This document shows positions 39,101-49,949 of a DNA stretch of 64,000 bases, piece by piece. The stretch's first letter is position 1, and each line of letters begins with the position of its first letter. The notes below the pieces were generated by a model. It saw nothing but the letters and a program-made list of their open reading frames with translations. It did not search any database and had not been told where the DNA came from. The DNA is from Tubulanus polymorphus (taxonomy: Eukaryota > Animalia > Nemertea): assembly GCF_964204645.1 (NCBI RefSeq), contig NC_134025.1:12896001-12960000 (forward strand), in the 5' to 3' direction. Both the position numbers and the translations under genes were made by a program.

Positions 39101-42100
39101 ATTCACGGATAAGTGAATTAGTACTCACGGTCTGAGATGTTGTTGATAATTTCAATGTTGTCATGATAAAATTTTAGCTGCGAACTGAACGAGAATTGGA
39201 TAAGATTAAAGAACTTAAACTGGATGATTTGACGCTCGATGGTAATCCGATGTGCGACGAGTTCAAGGAAAGATCGGCCTATATTAGGTAACTCCTGTTA
39301 TTACTCCAATCACAGTGCAGTGATGGTAGTACCAGTTACAGATGCTGTCAAAACAAAATTAAATCTCTCGTACAGTCACTGCAGAAACCTGATTGTTGAA
39401 TAGCTTTTTTGGGCTCTGCACAGCAGCGTAAATTTTGCTTTCTTCAGCGTTAAATAGTAGTCAAATTTTTTTTAAGCCAAAAATAACGATGGTTACTCGA
39501 TTCACTGAAAAGATTCATTCCCTCCTTTTGAACCTATAAGGCAGTCTTTTGAATTGGTAAAATTGGTGTGAAATCTGAGAAATGTTTATAATTATTTATT
39601 CATAGATCAATAGATGATTGAGAAGAAAATCAAGTGTAATTTTGCGGCACCAGTCAATCACCAGGTTGTCTTGTCCACTGATCATGTCACTAATGATGTT
39701 CTGCAGTCAGCACTGAATTTATTCATTATTGGCCATTATTGCACACATTCTGTATCATATATGATTATTTAAGCCACTACTACCCTTCACTCATATATTT
39801 ACTGATCAAAGGAAAACTTAGTTCACACCGTATCTAGGAAGCTGAATAAAACCTTTCCCAATACATCCTTGAGCGATGGGAATCGAACCCAATGGAAAAT
39901 GCTTTCAGAGAATAACCACACCAAAACTCACGATACACAGATTTAAAGAAAAAGAACGTGGAAATTTTGTTCAAGTTTAGATTTGTATATGCTAGATTTT
40001 TAAATTCATGTATAGAAATTTCCTATTTGTATTGCCATAATTCATGCTTGCTCTGTCAGTGGCGTTTGTTTCGTCGTGTTCTCGAGGCATTAATCAAGAA
40101 TGATGAACATGGCACAGATTCGTGACACGTGCCGATGACGGGTAAGTCTTCCAGAAGGGGAGCAACCTAAGACAGACACGTGATCAGATCTGTTCGTAGT
40201 ATCTCAATCCCTGCCACTTTCATATCATAAGATAATGAGGTACTAGACGGCGCAGGTGAGATTAATTGGATTGAACGATGCCCACGCAGCAGCAAGTTTT
40301 TAATTCCTCATCAGTTTAGGATCAAATTTGTTTTAAAAGCTTTTTTGGGGTCAAATTGCTTTGGATGATGAGATTTCAGAGAATTATAAACCATTACACC
40401 ATTAACCTAAAAACATTTGGATATTTCAAAATTCCTTGGTAGTGTAAATTTCACAAACTAGAGCTTTGTGATAATTGTGGACATCTATCCTGTGTGTTTT
40501 CCTTGGTCTACAGGATGCATCTGATAAAACTTTTCATCATGATCTATTATATTTCTCTGGTTATTATCGAAATGAAGTAATTTCATAGATATCTGTTTAT
40601 TTGTTTTTCGTGGGAAACAAGACAGCTTTATTATCATAATGAGGAATGAAATATTAATTTCAGAAAGAAATCGAGTTCTATTGCCAAAATCTATAAACAT
40701 TTTTGAGCCTATTTTTGTCATAATGGCTTTTGCAAAGTAGATTTTTTGGGTTACATACACGTGATATGTCTGTACAATATAGCAATGTATTGTTCTGCTC
40801 TTGGGAGTCAAGAAGGTAATTCTTAGGACTGTCAGTTCATTGATGGTTTCAAAGAACTGACTTATTCAATTTGCAGACTCCTAGCAGAGGTGAGTAAATG
40901 TCCTATGATGTTTATACTAATTTAGCATATCACCTCATTGCTGATGTAATCTCTTTGATGCTGTATCGTGATGTATTTAGCTTAGCATTTTCTGTGCATC
41001 AAAATGTTTTCTTTTTCAGTGCTGTTCGAAGCAGGTTTCCCAAAGTCTTGAAATTGGTATGTTTCTTCCTTTTTAAATACATGTATACTTATTGAAATGA
41101 ATTTATTGTATTATTGAACCGTATATGATTGATATACCAATTCTGCTATGATTCGTTTTTAGGATGGACTTGATTTGCCACCGCCTATTAAATTTGATAT
41201 TCCTACGTCGACTGAGTTACCTAAAACGCTTGGCAGCCATTTTCCAAATGATGAAGTTAAGAATTTGCTCATACAGTTCATGGAACAGTACGTTTTTGCA
41301 CATGCTCAGCCTTTTACCTTGCGCATACCTTAGGCCATCCCAAAATAATGGTCTGTTTGCCGTAACCCGACCGACCCAACTTCAAAGGTACCGAGTGAAA
41401 GGTTCTATCTACCTACCGACACCCTGAAAACTTGAGTCGGTGGTATGGCAAACAGACAATTGAGCTTGGGATGGCCTTAGCAAAAATTGTCTTAAAAGAT
41501 TTGATTCATTATCTATAAGTGCAAGTGAATATCACGTCATTCATGCAGTGGACTATCTTTGTTTGACAGCTGAAATATTTCCCTGCAATTTTTTAGTCAC
41601 GATTACCATTCAGGCTTAAAGAATTACTTAGGTTTCAGGGCAATTAAATTTCTTTTGATTCAAAATTCAACTGCTTTTTAACTTCCTGAGAATCCACAAA
41701 TGCAGCTCACGTTTATAGTGATCTCTTTGTAATGTTAAGCTGAAAAGAATTTAATATATGTAACTTCTATGATGTAGTAAAATTCCCATTGCAACAAAAC
41801 CTACATTTCAACTTATAATTGTTGTTGAATTTCAGATATTACCAGCTTTATGATTCAGATGATCGACAGGGACTCCTCGAGGCCTATCATGACCAGGCTA
41901 TGTTCAGCTTGAATGCATCATACCATAGTCTCGATAGTAAAGATTCTTCAAGGTAAACACTACATCGCTTAATCCACAAAATGGCAGAACCTCATTTTTA
42001 GGAAATCTTTTAGGACCACGAGAAAGGGATCTTTAGAATATTATACTTTTTGACCACTCAATTTTTACTAAAGCCTTAAACTCATCTGTCCTAATACATA

Positions 42101-45100
42101 GGTGTCGCTCCATAGATGTCCTAATGTCATAAACTCATGAAGCTGATTTCAATGAAATTTTTGTATGTTTCCTTGTACACCATTTAGACCAGAAAATGTT
42201 AAAGGCAGAAAATGTTATCGCTGCTTTGCAGCTACATTTGAAAAGTACTGATTAAAGCCATTAATTTGAATCGTCCATCACCGATTCATACGCAGCACTG
42301 CAGTGTCGACACACTGAAAGGGTTTATAGTGGATTTCTTTCCAACTTCATTAGGGCTTGTTTAAGATATCTTACACCCTGAAACTGGCATTGCAGTGGAG
42401 TTTGCATTACATAGGTGGTACAGCCAGGGCTTTCAAAATGATTTGAAATACCAGTGGCAGACAAAGAAATAGCACTTGCAAATTTTTTCCCGACCACTGG
42501 CACATTGCTTGTTCTCACGGAAATATTTAATTATCTTGAGGTTACGAAAGCTTATTCATTGAAAATTTCATGGACATTCTTAAAACAGATTCTCTGTCTA
42601 TAAAAGCACAATAATAGTGATAAAAGCCAGGAATCAGGAATAGCGTATACATGAAATTGCATATTTTCATTTTTAGAAATATCAAATTAATTGATTTGCT
42701 AGTGTAAGTGACTGCAGTAATGGCAATGAGTAACTGTTGATTGGTTAAGCAGCCAGCTTAAAGGGCAAATGCCATCAAAATTGTACTTTCCGCGATTTCT
42801 TAACCAGAAGAAACTTTAGTATACTTATAACGACCTTAGATGTGACTTATTGAAAAAGGAGCACGAATTAGCCGTAATAGTTATCTATTTATCCTTCACT
42901 CCATGCGTATAGTTCATATTCAACCCGCGGGTGGCGCTATTTATGATGTTAACGATGACAATCAACACAAGCACATGTGCCCGCTATTACGCGTAGCCTA
43001 TGTATAATCGATAAAATAAACACCATTTGTTCACCGTATTCACTGACCTACAGTGCTACTCACTTATATATGATTATCATGGCATATACAACAGTAGCAA
43101 CACTTACAATGGCAAGAGTTTATTTATTCAAATCACTCCTAAAACGATAAAATACCGCATGAAATGTCTAGTGAAATGACTGGAAGCGGCGAGCGTTTGT
43201 CAGAGATGATGTCAGAAACACGCACCTGCGAACATAAACAATAACAGTGACCACGTGCTGAAATTGTTGATTTGAAAGTGATATTTCTCAGTAATGGCTG
43301 AACTAAAATTCAAACCAGTTCCATATTTGATATTTGTGAATACATCACATTTGAAAATGAATTTTACACAATATTCTATTTTGATGGCATTTGCCCTTTA
43401 AGAACACATTAATGCTACTGGCTACCCAAACTAATTGTCTCTGCGAGTGTCTTTGTGAGTTCACCGAACAAAGTTTTCACCTTGTGCATATGAAATAGGC
43501 CTATGTCTAATAGTCTTGATAATAAGATCCTGAGCATCAACGATGTGTTCAAAATTAAACAATTCATCTAATATACACTACTCCTTAAACACCGGCAGTT
43601 GTTTAGAAGGCAGCCAATTTTTCCTGGAAACTTAAACTAGGCCACGCGTCTGAGGCACATTTTCACACGATGCACACTGACTACAGTACATTTAAATATA
43701 ACCACTGATCACAGCTATTATACTATCATTGACATCAGACGAGATATTTCATAGCTGTCACAGGATTCTTACTAACAGTCAGATGCGACGGCCGACAGCT
43801 TATTTTGAAAGCCCAGACAGTGTCTTAAGTTGTTGGAACTTCCTCAGTGTATTAGTTATAGAAATCAGATTTAACTTAAAAGCTAATGAGCGCACTCAGA
43901 AAGTGATAGTCCCCAGTAGTATTTAAGGTAGAAATGTATTGAGTTTATCAAGCTGTATGCACTTTCAATCACGTGTATGAGTAGAAAACCAGCATTTTCA
44001 TGGTGTGAAAAAAATGTTGAGCAAAGTTCTGCATTACTCCTTGTTGCAAAACTTGTTACTACATCTCTACGCAATAGTTACATCTATGATATTGATTTTT
44101 GTATGTTTTTTTTTGCAGACGCTCGACAGTATTAAATGACTACATGCCAGAAAGCCGGAATTTACTTAAAATTACCGATGGTGGTAAGTTTGTTACTTTC
44201 CTGTCAATGCATAATCTATATGACTAGCAATTGGTCTAATGTTGCCTGACTCGACAACAACTCAACAATGACCTGTTGCCGCCAAAACACCAAACGCCAT
44301 CGAGCAAAGTGGCAGCACTCAATGGGTTGACTAACCCGGTTACATATATCCATCGCAGATACCAAAAAAGCTATCCAAAAAAGCTGGTTGATCAAATTCA
44401 AGATTGACTGACGCTATGATCAATTTTCTCTATATTTCGTATGTAGGGCCTATATGTATCCCCTGGGCCTACCATCATCTGGTGACTTAACTAACTGTAG
44501 ATGGTCTAATGATCAATGAAAATGGCTTACCATCAAGCATCGAGACATTGGACGAGACTCTTTGAAGATAGCTCAATTCATTGGGTAATTTAATTAGCAT
44601 TTAGTTTGTATTTGAAAATAAAGTATAAATGTTTGTTTTTAAATTTTGCAGCACGACGACAAAAGTCATTACGTATCGGCAAATTGAATGTTGTTGCGTT
44701 GATGTGTCAGCTTCCAAAAACACAACATGATCCAAATACGATTAATGTGGATGTTAGTGTTGTCACTGTAAGTGAATTGTCATACATAGAAATCTTCTCT
44801 GATAAATGGGGAAAAGGTGATGTGGTTATCTGACGAACTTGGGAGGGGTGAAATGGGAATAAATGGGTTTGTCGAATGGCTGAGGACTAAGTTCAGTAAA
44901 TGTAATACCAATTTGGTTCAGTATAGCAGTGCGAATAGTGGCACAGTAAAGAGCCAGTCAGATTACAGTTTAGTTAATTTACGCTTACACTCATAATTTG
45001 GCCTGTTCCCATTTATGCACTTTTCCAAACCATTCTTGTGGTTGTTTCAAGGACAAAGGTCAAAGGGGCAAAATTGAATTGGAGCTCTACTAAAGGGTGG

Positions 45101-46917
45101 TGATGTGATGAATAGTAAAAAATTGGTAATATGACGAATAGAAAAGAAGTGGGGGAAAGGGGTGCCAAAATGAGAAGATACCAACTGGTGTCTTGACCTT
45201 TATTCACCTTTTTATCTTGAAAAGTAGTGTTTGTTGTGCTGAATTCAAATTGTATTGCAAAGTTATTGTACATTAATTTGTTCATGCAGCTTTAGCTTAT
45301 TTTTCATATTACCAGTACAGTACCTTATATGTTTTTACATTTTTAGTCTACCATGATGGTATTTACAATAACTGGTGTTTTCAAAGAAAGTAAGTGCCGA
45401 TTTTTCATTTCCAGTATTATTTTGCATGCATTAACAAATGTTCAGTTTAGCCTACATGTATTACCAAAAATACATAAAGAGGAATCAAATCCTCTTAATG
45501 TATTTTTGGTATTACTTAGCTATTATCATACCTTTCAGCTACTTTTAGAAGTTTTATTTGGTACAATCCTTTACATCATCACAGAATATAAATGAAATAT
45601 ATATAGATATTTCATATATTGCATTTTTTTCCATGGAGTCTTGGCAGGAATTCCTTAATTGTCTTGTGGGTGACCTCTTAGAAAAGCGAATGATAAATGA
45701 TGATAGAACTTTTCTGGTATAAAGAAAGCTTTCAAAGATTTGGCAGTGCCTGGAAATGAATGGCATTTTCAAATAAATTAATTTTTTTTTAAATTTGGGG
45801 GACCCCTAGTAAGGGCGTCATCCCTCAAGTGTTTGCATCATTGAACTGATTATCATTGTCAATAAGAACCCAACATTTTTGAGGCGCCCTATTAGTAGAG
45901 CACTTACCATTTTAAGAGTCTAAGCCATGAATCGAGGAGGCCATCACCAAAAATGCTAATATTCATCGCAAAATTCATGTATTTAGGAATTCAAAAAATC
46001 TTGGCAGTCAACAATTATATTTGTTTTTTATTTTTTAATGTTACACACTTAAGCATTTTGAAATATATTCATGTAAACCATATTAATGAATTAATGTTTT
46101 TTATGGTACATTGCAGCTGAAAATCCTGACAGAATCCGTGCATTTAGTAGGACCTTTGTTACAGTTCCGCAAGGAAGTGGGTATGTCAAAGATTTTCAGC
46201 CTTTTACTTGTTTTAAAACATAGCTTTAAGCAAAGATGGCTTAAGTGGTCTGTCATATAGAATATGGTTGTGTGCAATAGGTGATGATAGTGGTATTGCT
46301 AGTATTTGGATTGGGGTTTAGGAGCATAAATGCTTAACTCAAGATGTGTCTCGACTGAAAAGCAAATTTTGGTAATCACATTTGATAGACTACCAGTTTG
46401 TGTGGACTAAGTGAAATTTAATGCAAGCTATAAGCCGCAATCACACGATTTGGCCCGGGCCAAATTGGCACGGATCAGGCTCGGGCCAAATTTGCAATCC
46501 AGTTATTGATAATCTTAGTTTGCAATTTTTTAACACCTTGGTGCATGCACATATTGAAACTGAGTAGTCGATTGCTGCTTAGTTATGTAATTTCACAAAA
46601 CTCTTTGTAAATTATTGAAGGACCAGTTATTGCTGACCCTGGTTGAACTTTGTCGTTTCAGGATTGTTATCATCAATGAACAGTTATCCATCTTTAATGC
46701 GAGCATCGGATTAAAAAAAGTGAGTTATTTCACATTTTTGTGTACAGATACATAGAGAATAGACTGATACATAGAGAATAGACTAATGCCTGATGCGCTG
46801 AAGTTGGAACTTGAGAAATTAAAATGTCAAAATAAATTGAATAGATATTGTGTAAATGTTAAAACCTTTGAAGAACAGATTGATGTCAACCAAGACATTA
46901 TTATATTATTATTATTA

Positions 46918-46984
<67 letters not shown>

Positions 46985-48877
46985 AAAATAAAATATTATT
47001 AAAAAGAAATAGATATTATTATATTAAGACATGCATTTGATTAGCTGCACCTACTAAGTAGCTGCAGCGATTAATATACCATATTGGAAAAACACATGAC
47101 TGAAAAAATCTAATACATGTATACACATTTGACTAGTTTTCAGCCATTAAGTACATGCATGAATCGTAGAGGAGCGGTGTGGTAAGAGCGTCCGGCTCTG
47201 GGAAGCCAGGTCTTGGGTTCGAACCCCGTACATTACCGTAGTGTCCCCGGGCAAGACACTTATCCTCATTACCTCTCTCCACCTAGGAGTAAATGGGTAC
47301 CTGGCCTGATAGATGAGTGCTTGTTAGTAGCTCATATGTTCTACTCCCCATGGAGAGATGACTGATACATGTTAGTGTATTTAACAGCTGGGGTGATAAT
47401 ACCGAATGTAAAGCGATCTGAGCAGCTTCGCTGCATTTAGCGCTTTATTAGACAATTGTCGTGACAAGATTTTTCATTTGCGAAAATTGCAAATTCTCAA
47501 AATTACAAACATCTTACCAAAGCCCTGGTGGAAAAAACTGCCATTTTATTTTTTGAATAGCACACCTCTAGACCCCATCTAAGAAATAGAAATAACACCA
47601 TATTTAGTTAGGGGTTAATCACTCATGCAATTTTCAGTTGATAACAATTCTTGCAAATCTGCAGTTGTTCTTTGGGTTTGCGTAACAGAAGGTTTGTTCT
47701 TTTTTGAGTTGATAATCCATTGATTTTGAAAACGGCAAAAAGGGGTTCAAAGGATGTGTTAGCATTGAAATAAAATAATACTAACTCATTTCTCTGCTTA
47801 TTTTTGTAGAAATCATTCCAAACGAACACAGCGCCGACCCCATCACCCAGTCCACAGCCATCTCCAACCGTAGTATCATCACAAACTACTGACCAGCAGG
47901 CTGAAATGGTGCGATCGTTTTCACAACAGTCTGGTATGAATGCAGACTTCTCCATGAAGTAAGTTCATCAATCATCACAGTTCATCTTAATCATGAATGA
48001 ATCAGTAAATCATGAAAGAAAGAATTGCTTGCAAATACTTCCTAATGAAGGTCTAGTCCCTAAATCAGTAGAAGGCTGTGTTGTGTAGTTATTGGATGGA
48101 CGTTATGATAAGTCCACACTTATAGTTTTTCCAGATAAGGAATATCTGGCTTAACCGCTTCATTTGATAAACCTGTCCCAAGAATTTTGCACTCAATTTG
48201 TGTTACTGACCTACAATATTTGAATTCTTTGCAGATGTTTGATGCAGAATGACTGGGATTATGAAAAATCGGCAAAAGTGTTTTCTGATTTACATGTAAG
48301 TTCTGGTTATATGTGCATTGTCTGTGGCTCTACCTCAGATAAGTTTTTTCCCTTTGTGCTTTTGTACTACCAGTAGATCTAGGAGGGGGTTTTCGGCTGC
48401 CCATTGATTTGAAAAAGTAATCATCAAAAGCTACAAATTTGACACCCATTCTCTCACAAATTTTATTTTTGAATTTGTAGCACAGAGGGGAACCCCCTTC
48501 GGCGTCATTGTTTTACTCAAGGAATCCCCCTTCCTTTTCTTATGGACAGCTCGGCCTCTTTTCCAATTGTATAAGATATCCCCCGAAGTCAAAACCTTAT
48601 GATAGAACAAGTAGCAAACCTTGACAGAACAGACAGAAGCATTGCCATTCCCTTGTTTTTCTCACACGTGATGTCATAGTTCGTATGCCCGTCAGTGTTG
48701 TAGACTTGCCATACATAACAACAAAAGATAATATGGTCATTTACAAATTTCGGATATATAAAAGCGCATGTCTGCACGGTGTCCATATATAAATCCCAAG
48801 TAGTTAAGCGATGTCTTTTTTTATCGTCAATTTTGCAGAGTAAAGGTGCCATACCTCCGGAAGCATTCGTCAAGTGA
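33164..48877 (+). CDS. NXF1: Nuclear RNA export factor 1 (TAP/Mex67 family), multi-exon; 5'-most coding exon(s) unresolved
   Basis: GT-AG exons in consistent phase: 33164-33331, 34886-35035, 35922-36037, 36679-36762, 36854-36958, 37666-37737, 38159-38228, 38312-38400, 38983-39087, 39178-39287, 41020-41056, 41163-41287, 41836-41952, 44119-44183, 44652-44767, 45347-45389, 46117-46180, 46662-46719, 47810-47958, 48235-48295, 48839-48877 (TGA). Translation gives an RG-rich N-terminus with RYNPY (PY-NLS-like), RRM ([14 protein letters not shown]), LRR ([52 protein letters not shown]), NTF2-like domain ([25 protein letters not shown]; [12 protein letters not shown]; IINEQL) and UBA/TAP-C ([36 protein letters not shown]). 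Confidence 0.97.
36087..36335. mobile_element. MITE (CATGGGCGTCCC termini), related copy at ~53073-53339 in the opposite orientation
   Basis: Shared TIRs and internal sequence (TTCTGGTGCAATCAGAGGCC..CTTTGCATG vs its reverse complement at 53190-53245). Confidence 0.7.
39288..41019 (+). other. NXF1 cassette intron, positional ortholog of vertebrate intron 10 / Drosophila sbr retained intron
   Basis: Lies between an exon of exactly 110 nt (39178-39287) and one of exactly 37 nt (41020-41056), the conserved arrangement around the retained intron of animal nxf1 genes. Retention itself cannot be seen in DNA. Confidence 0.9.
40114..40193 (+). promoter_or_regulatory. Constitutive transport element (CTE)-like cis-acting RNA hairpin, single NXF1-binding loop
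   Basis: CCGATGACGGGTAAG (40132-40146) ... CAACCTAAGACAG (40163-40175) matches the two strands of the MPMV/SRV CTE internal loop as I recall it (CCAATGACGGGTAAG ... AACCTAAGACAGG). Closing helices: GGGT 40140-43/ACCT 40165-68, CACGTG 40126-31/40177-82, TGA 40123-25/TCA 40184-86, ACAGAT 40114-19/ATCTGT 40188-93; apical CTTCC/GGGAG stem. Confidence 0.9.
42762..43397. mobile_element. Kolobok-like MITE in an NXF1 intron
   Basis: TTAA|AGGGCAAATGCCATCAAAA ... TTTTGATGGCATTTGCCCT|TTAA; internal part is homologous (inverted) to ~3490-3585. Confidence 0.85.
46897..46984. repeat. (TTA)n microsatellite
   Basis: Directly visible. Confidence 0.97.
47169..47450 (+). mobile_element. tRNA-derived SINE with L2-like 3' tail
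   Basis: A-box-like GGTGTGGTAAGAGC, B box GGTTCGAACCC, body GGGCAAGACACTT..GTAAATGGGTACC, tail GTAAAGCG..GAG..AGCGCTTTAT. Confidence 0.8.
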
Positions 48878-49419
48878 TGACGGTATGAATATATGGATAG
48901 ATGGGATATTCAACAACCAACATCGCATTTGACAGTACGAAAATAACATTCCAAATCCGGATGAGATTAATTGAAATATCTTGAATTGGAAGGATGTGGG
49001 TTTTCAAAATCAGTAGGAAAGCATACATGAGTGAGGTCATGCCAAAATGTATATACTGGGGGAGGGGTTGAAGTAACTTATACCTACTTTGTATACAGTA
49101 CGGAGTGATCTTTCGTAAAAGTGGTATGTTTTCCGTTTAACTTTCGTTTATTTTAAGATAAAAACTTTTAAACATCACATCAATATACATTAATTCATTC
49201 CTCCTTACGTTATCATTTAGGGGGTTATCACAAAGTGCGTACGCAAAGAGGGTTCTAGAAATATGTATTAAAGGAGTATGGATTGGGAGGGTAAGGGTTA
49301 TTAAGAATTTTTTAGCGTTCATACTTTATGCACGGCCCCAAATCTTCTGTGCATGACACTCCTGCATATATATTGTGTAGATACCAAAGAATCAATAATT
49401 TTGTTGTACACTCCAAATC

Positions 49420-49425
49420 AATAAA
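49420..49425 (+). terminator. Candidate polyadenylation signal of NXF1
   Basis: AATAAA ~540 nt after the NXF1 stop, followed by T/GT-rich sequence; other AATAAA hexamers further downstream could be used instead. Confidence 0.45.
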
Positions 49426-49535
49426 TCTGTTATTCTTGAGTGCTGGATATTCGATAACGATTTACAAGAATGCCCATCTGGTAGTACTGTCTTGAGTGTA
49501 AAGACGTGTCAGGTTATGAGCACAGACCGGTCTTA

Positions 49536-49949
49536 TGCACTAGTCAATGAAAGTTCCTGCCCTACGGGGGCCGGGAAATGAAATTTAGTGATCCATAGCG
49601 CCGGGACAGAGGCGATCCAGCGAAAAAATGAGTGGATCACATACCGGTAACAGCGCAGCTTTAGCTACTAGTCCTTTTGTACGTACCCGATCCACAGCAT
49701 CAAGTAGCGCTGACGTCCTAGCCCGCAACGTCGATCCATAGCCCATCTTCAACAACAAATTTCTTATTCCCATAAATTTGTATTTTTACCATTTTTAAGA
49801 GCTCATAGATCACTTTTTAAAACATTGGTTTGTAATATTTTTCTTTTTTCGAAGAAAGTTCCGATTGAGCGATCCTAGCGCCGGCGCTAATTTGCGCTAA
49901 TTTTCGTTTCCCGGCTCCCGTAGGGCGGGGACTTTCATTGACTAGTGCA
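49536..49949. mobile_element. PIF/Harbinger-like MITE
   Basis: ~55-bp imperfect TIR TGCACTAGTCAATGAAAGT..; TTA TSD on both sides. Confidence 0.8.

Noticed and set aside
40114-40193. CTE as remnant of an endogenous retrovirus insertion
   Set aside because: No LTR, PPT or retroviral ORF nearby; stems differ from the viral ones; the position matches the vertebrate cellular NXF1 CTE intron.
40615-40630. Second AAGACAG as another CTE loop
   Set aside because: Lacks the ACCT prefix and the GACGGGT partner strand.
46786-47040. Poly-Leu ORF
   Set aside because: Translation of an intronic (TTA)n microsatellite.
49538-49947. CACTA (EnSpm) element
   Set aside because: The inverted repeat extends beyond CACTA and a TTA TSD fits PIF/Harbinger better.
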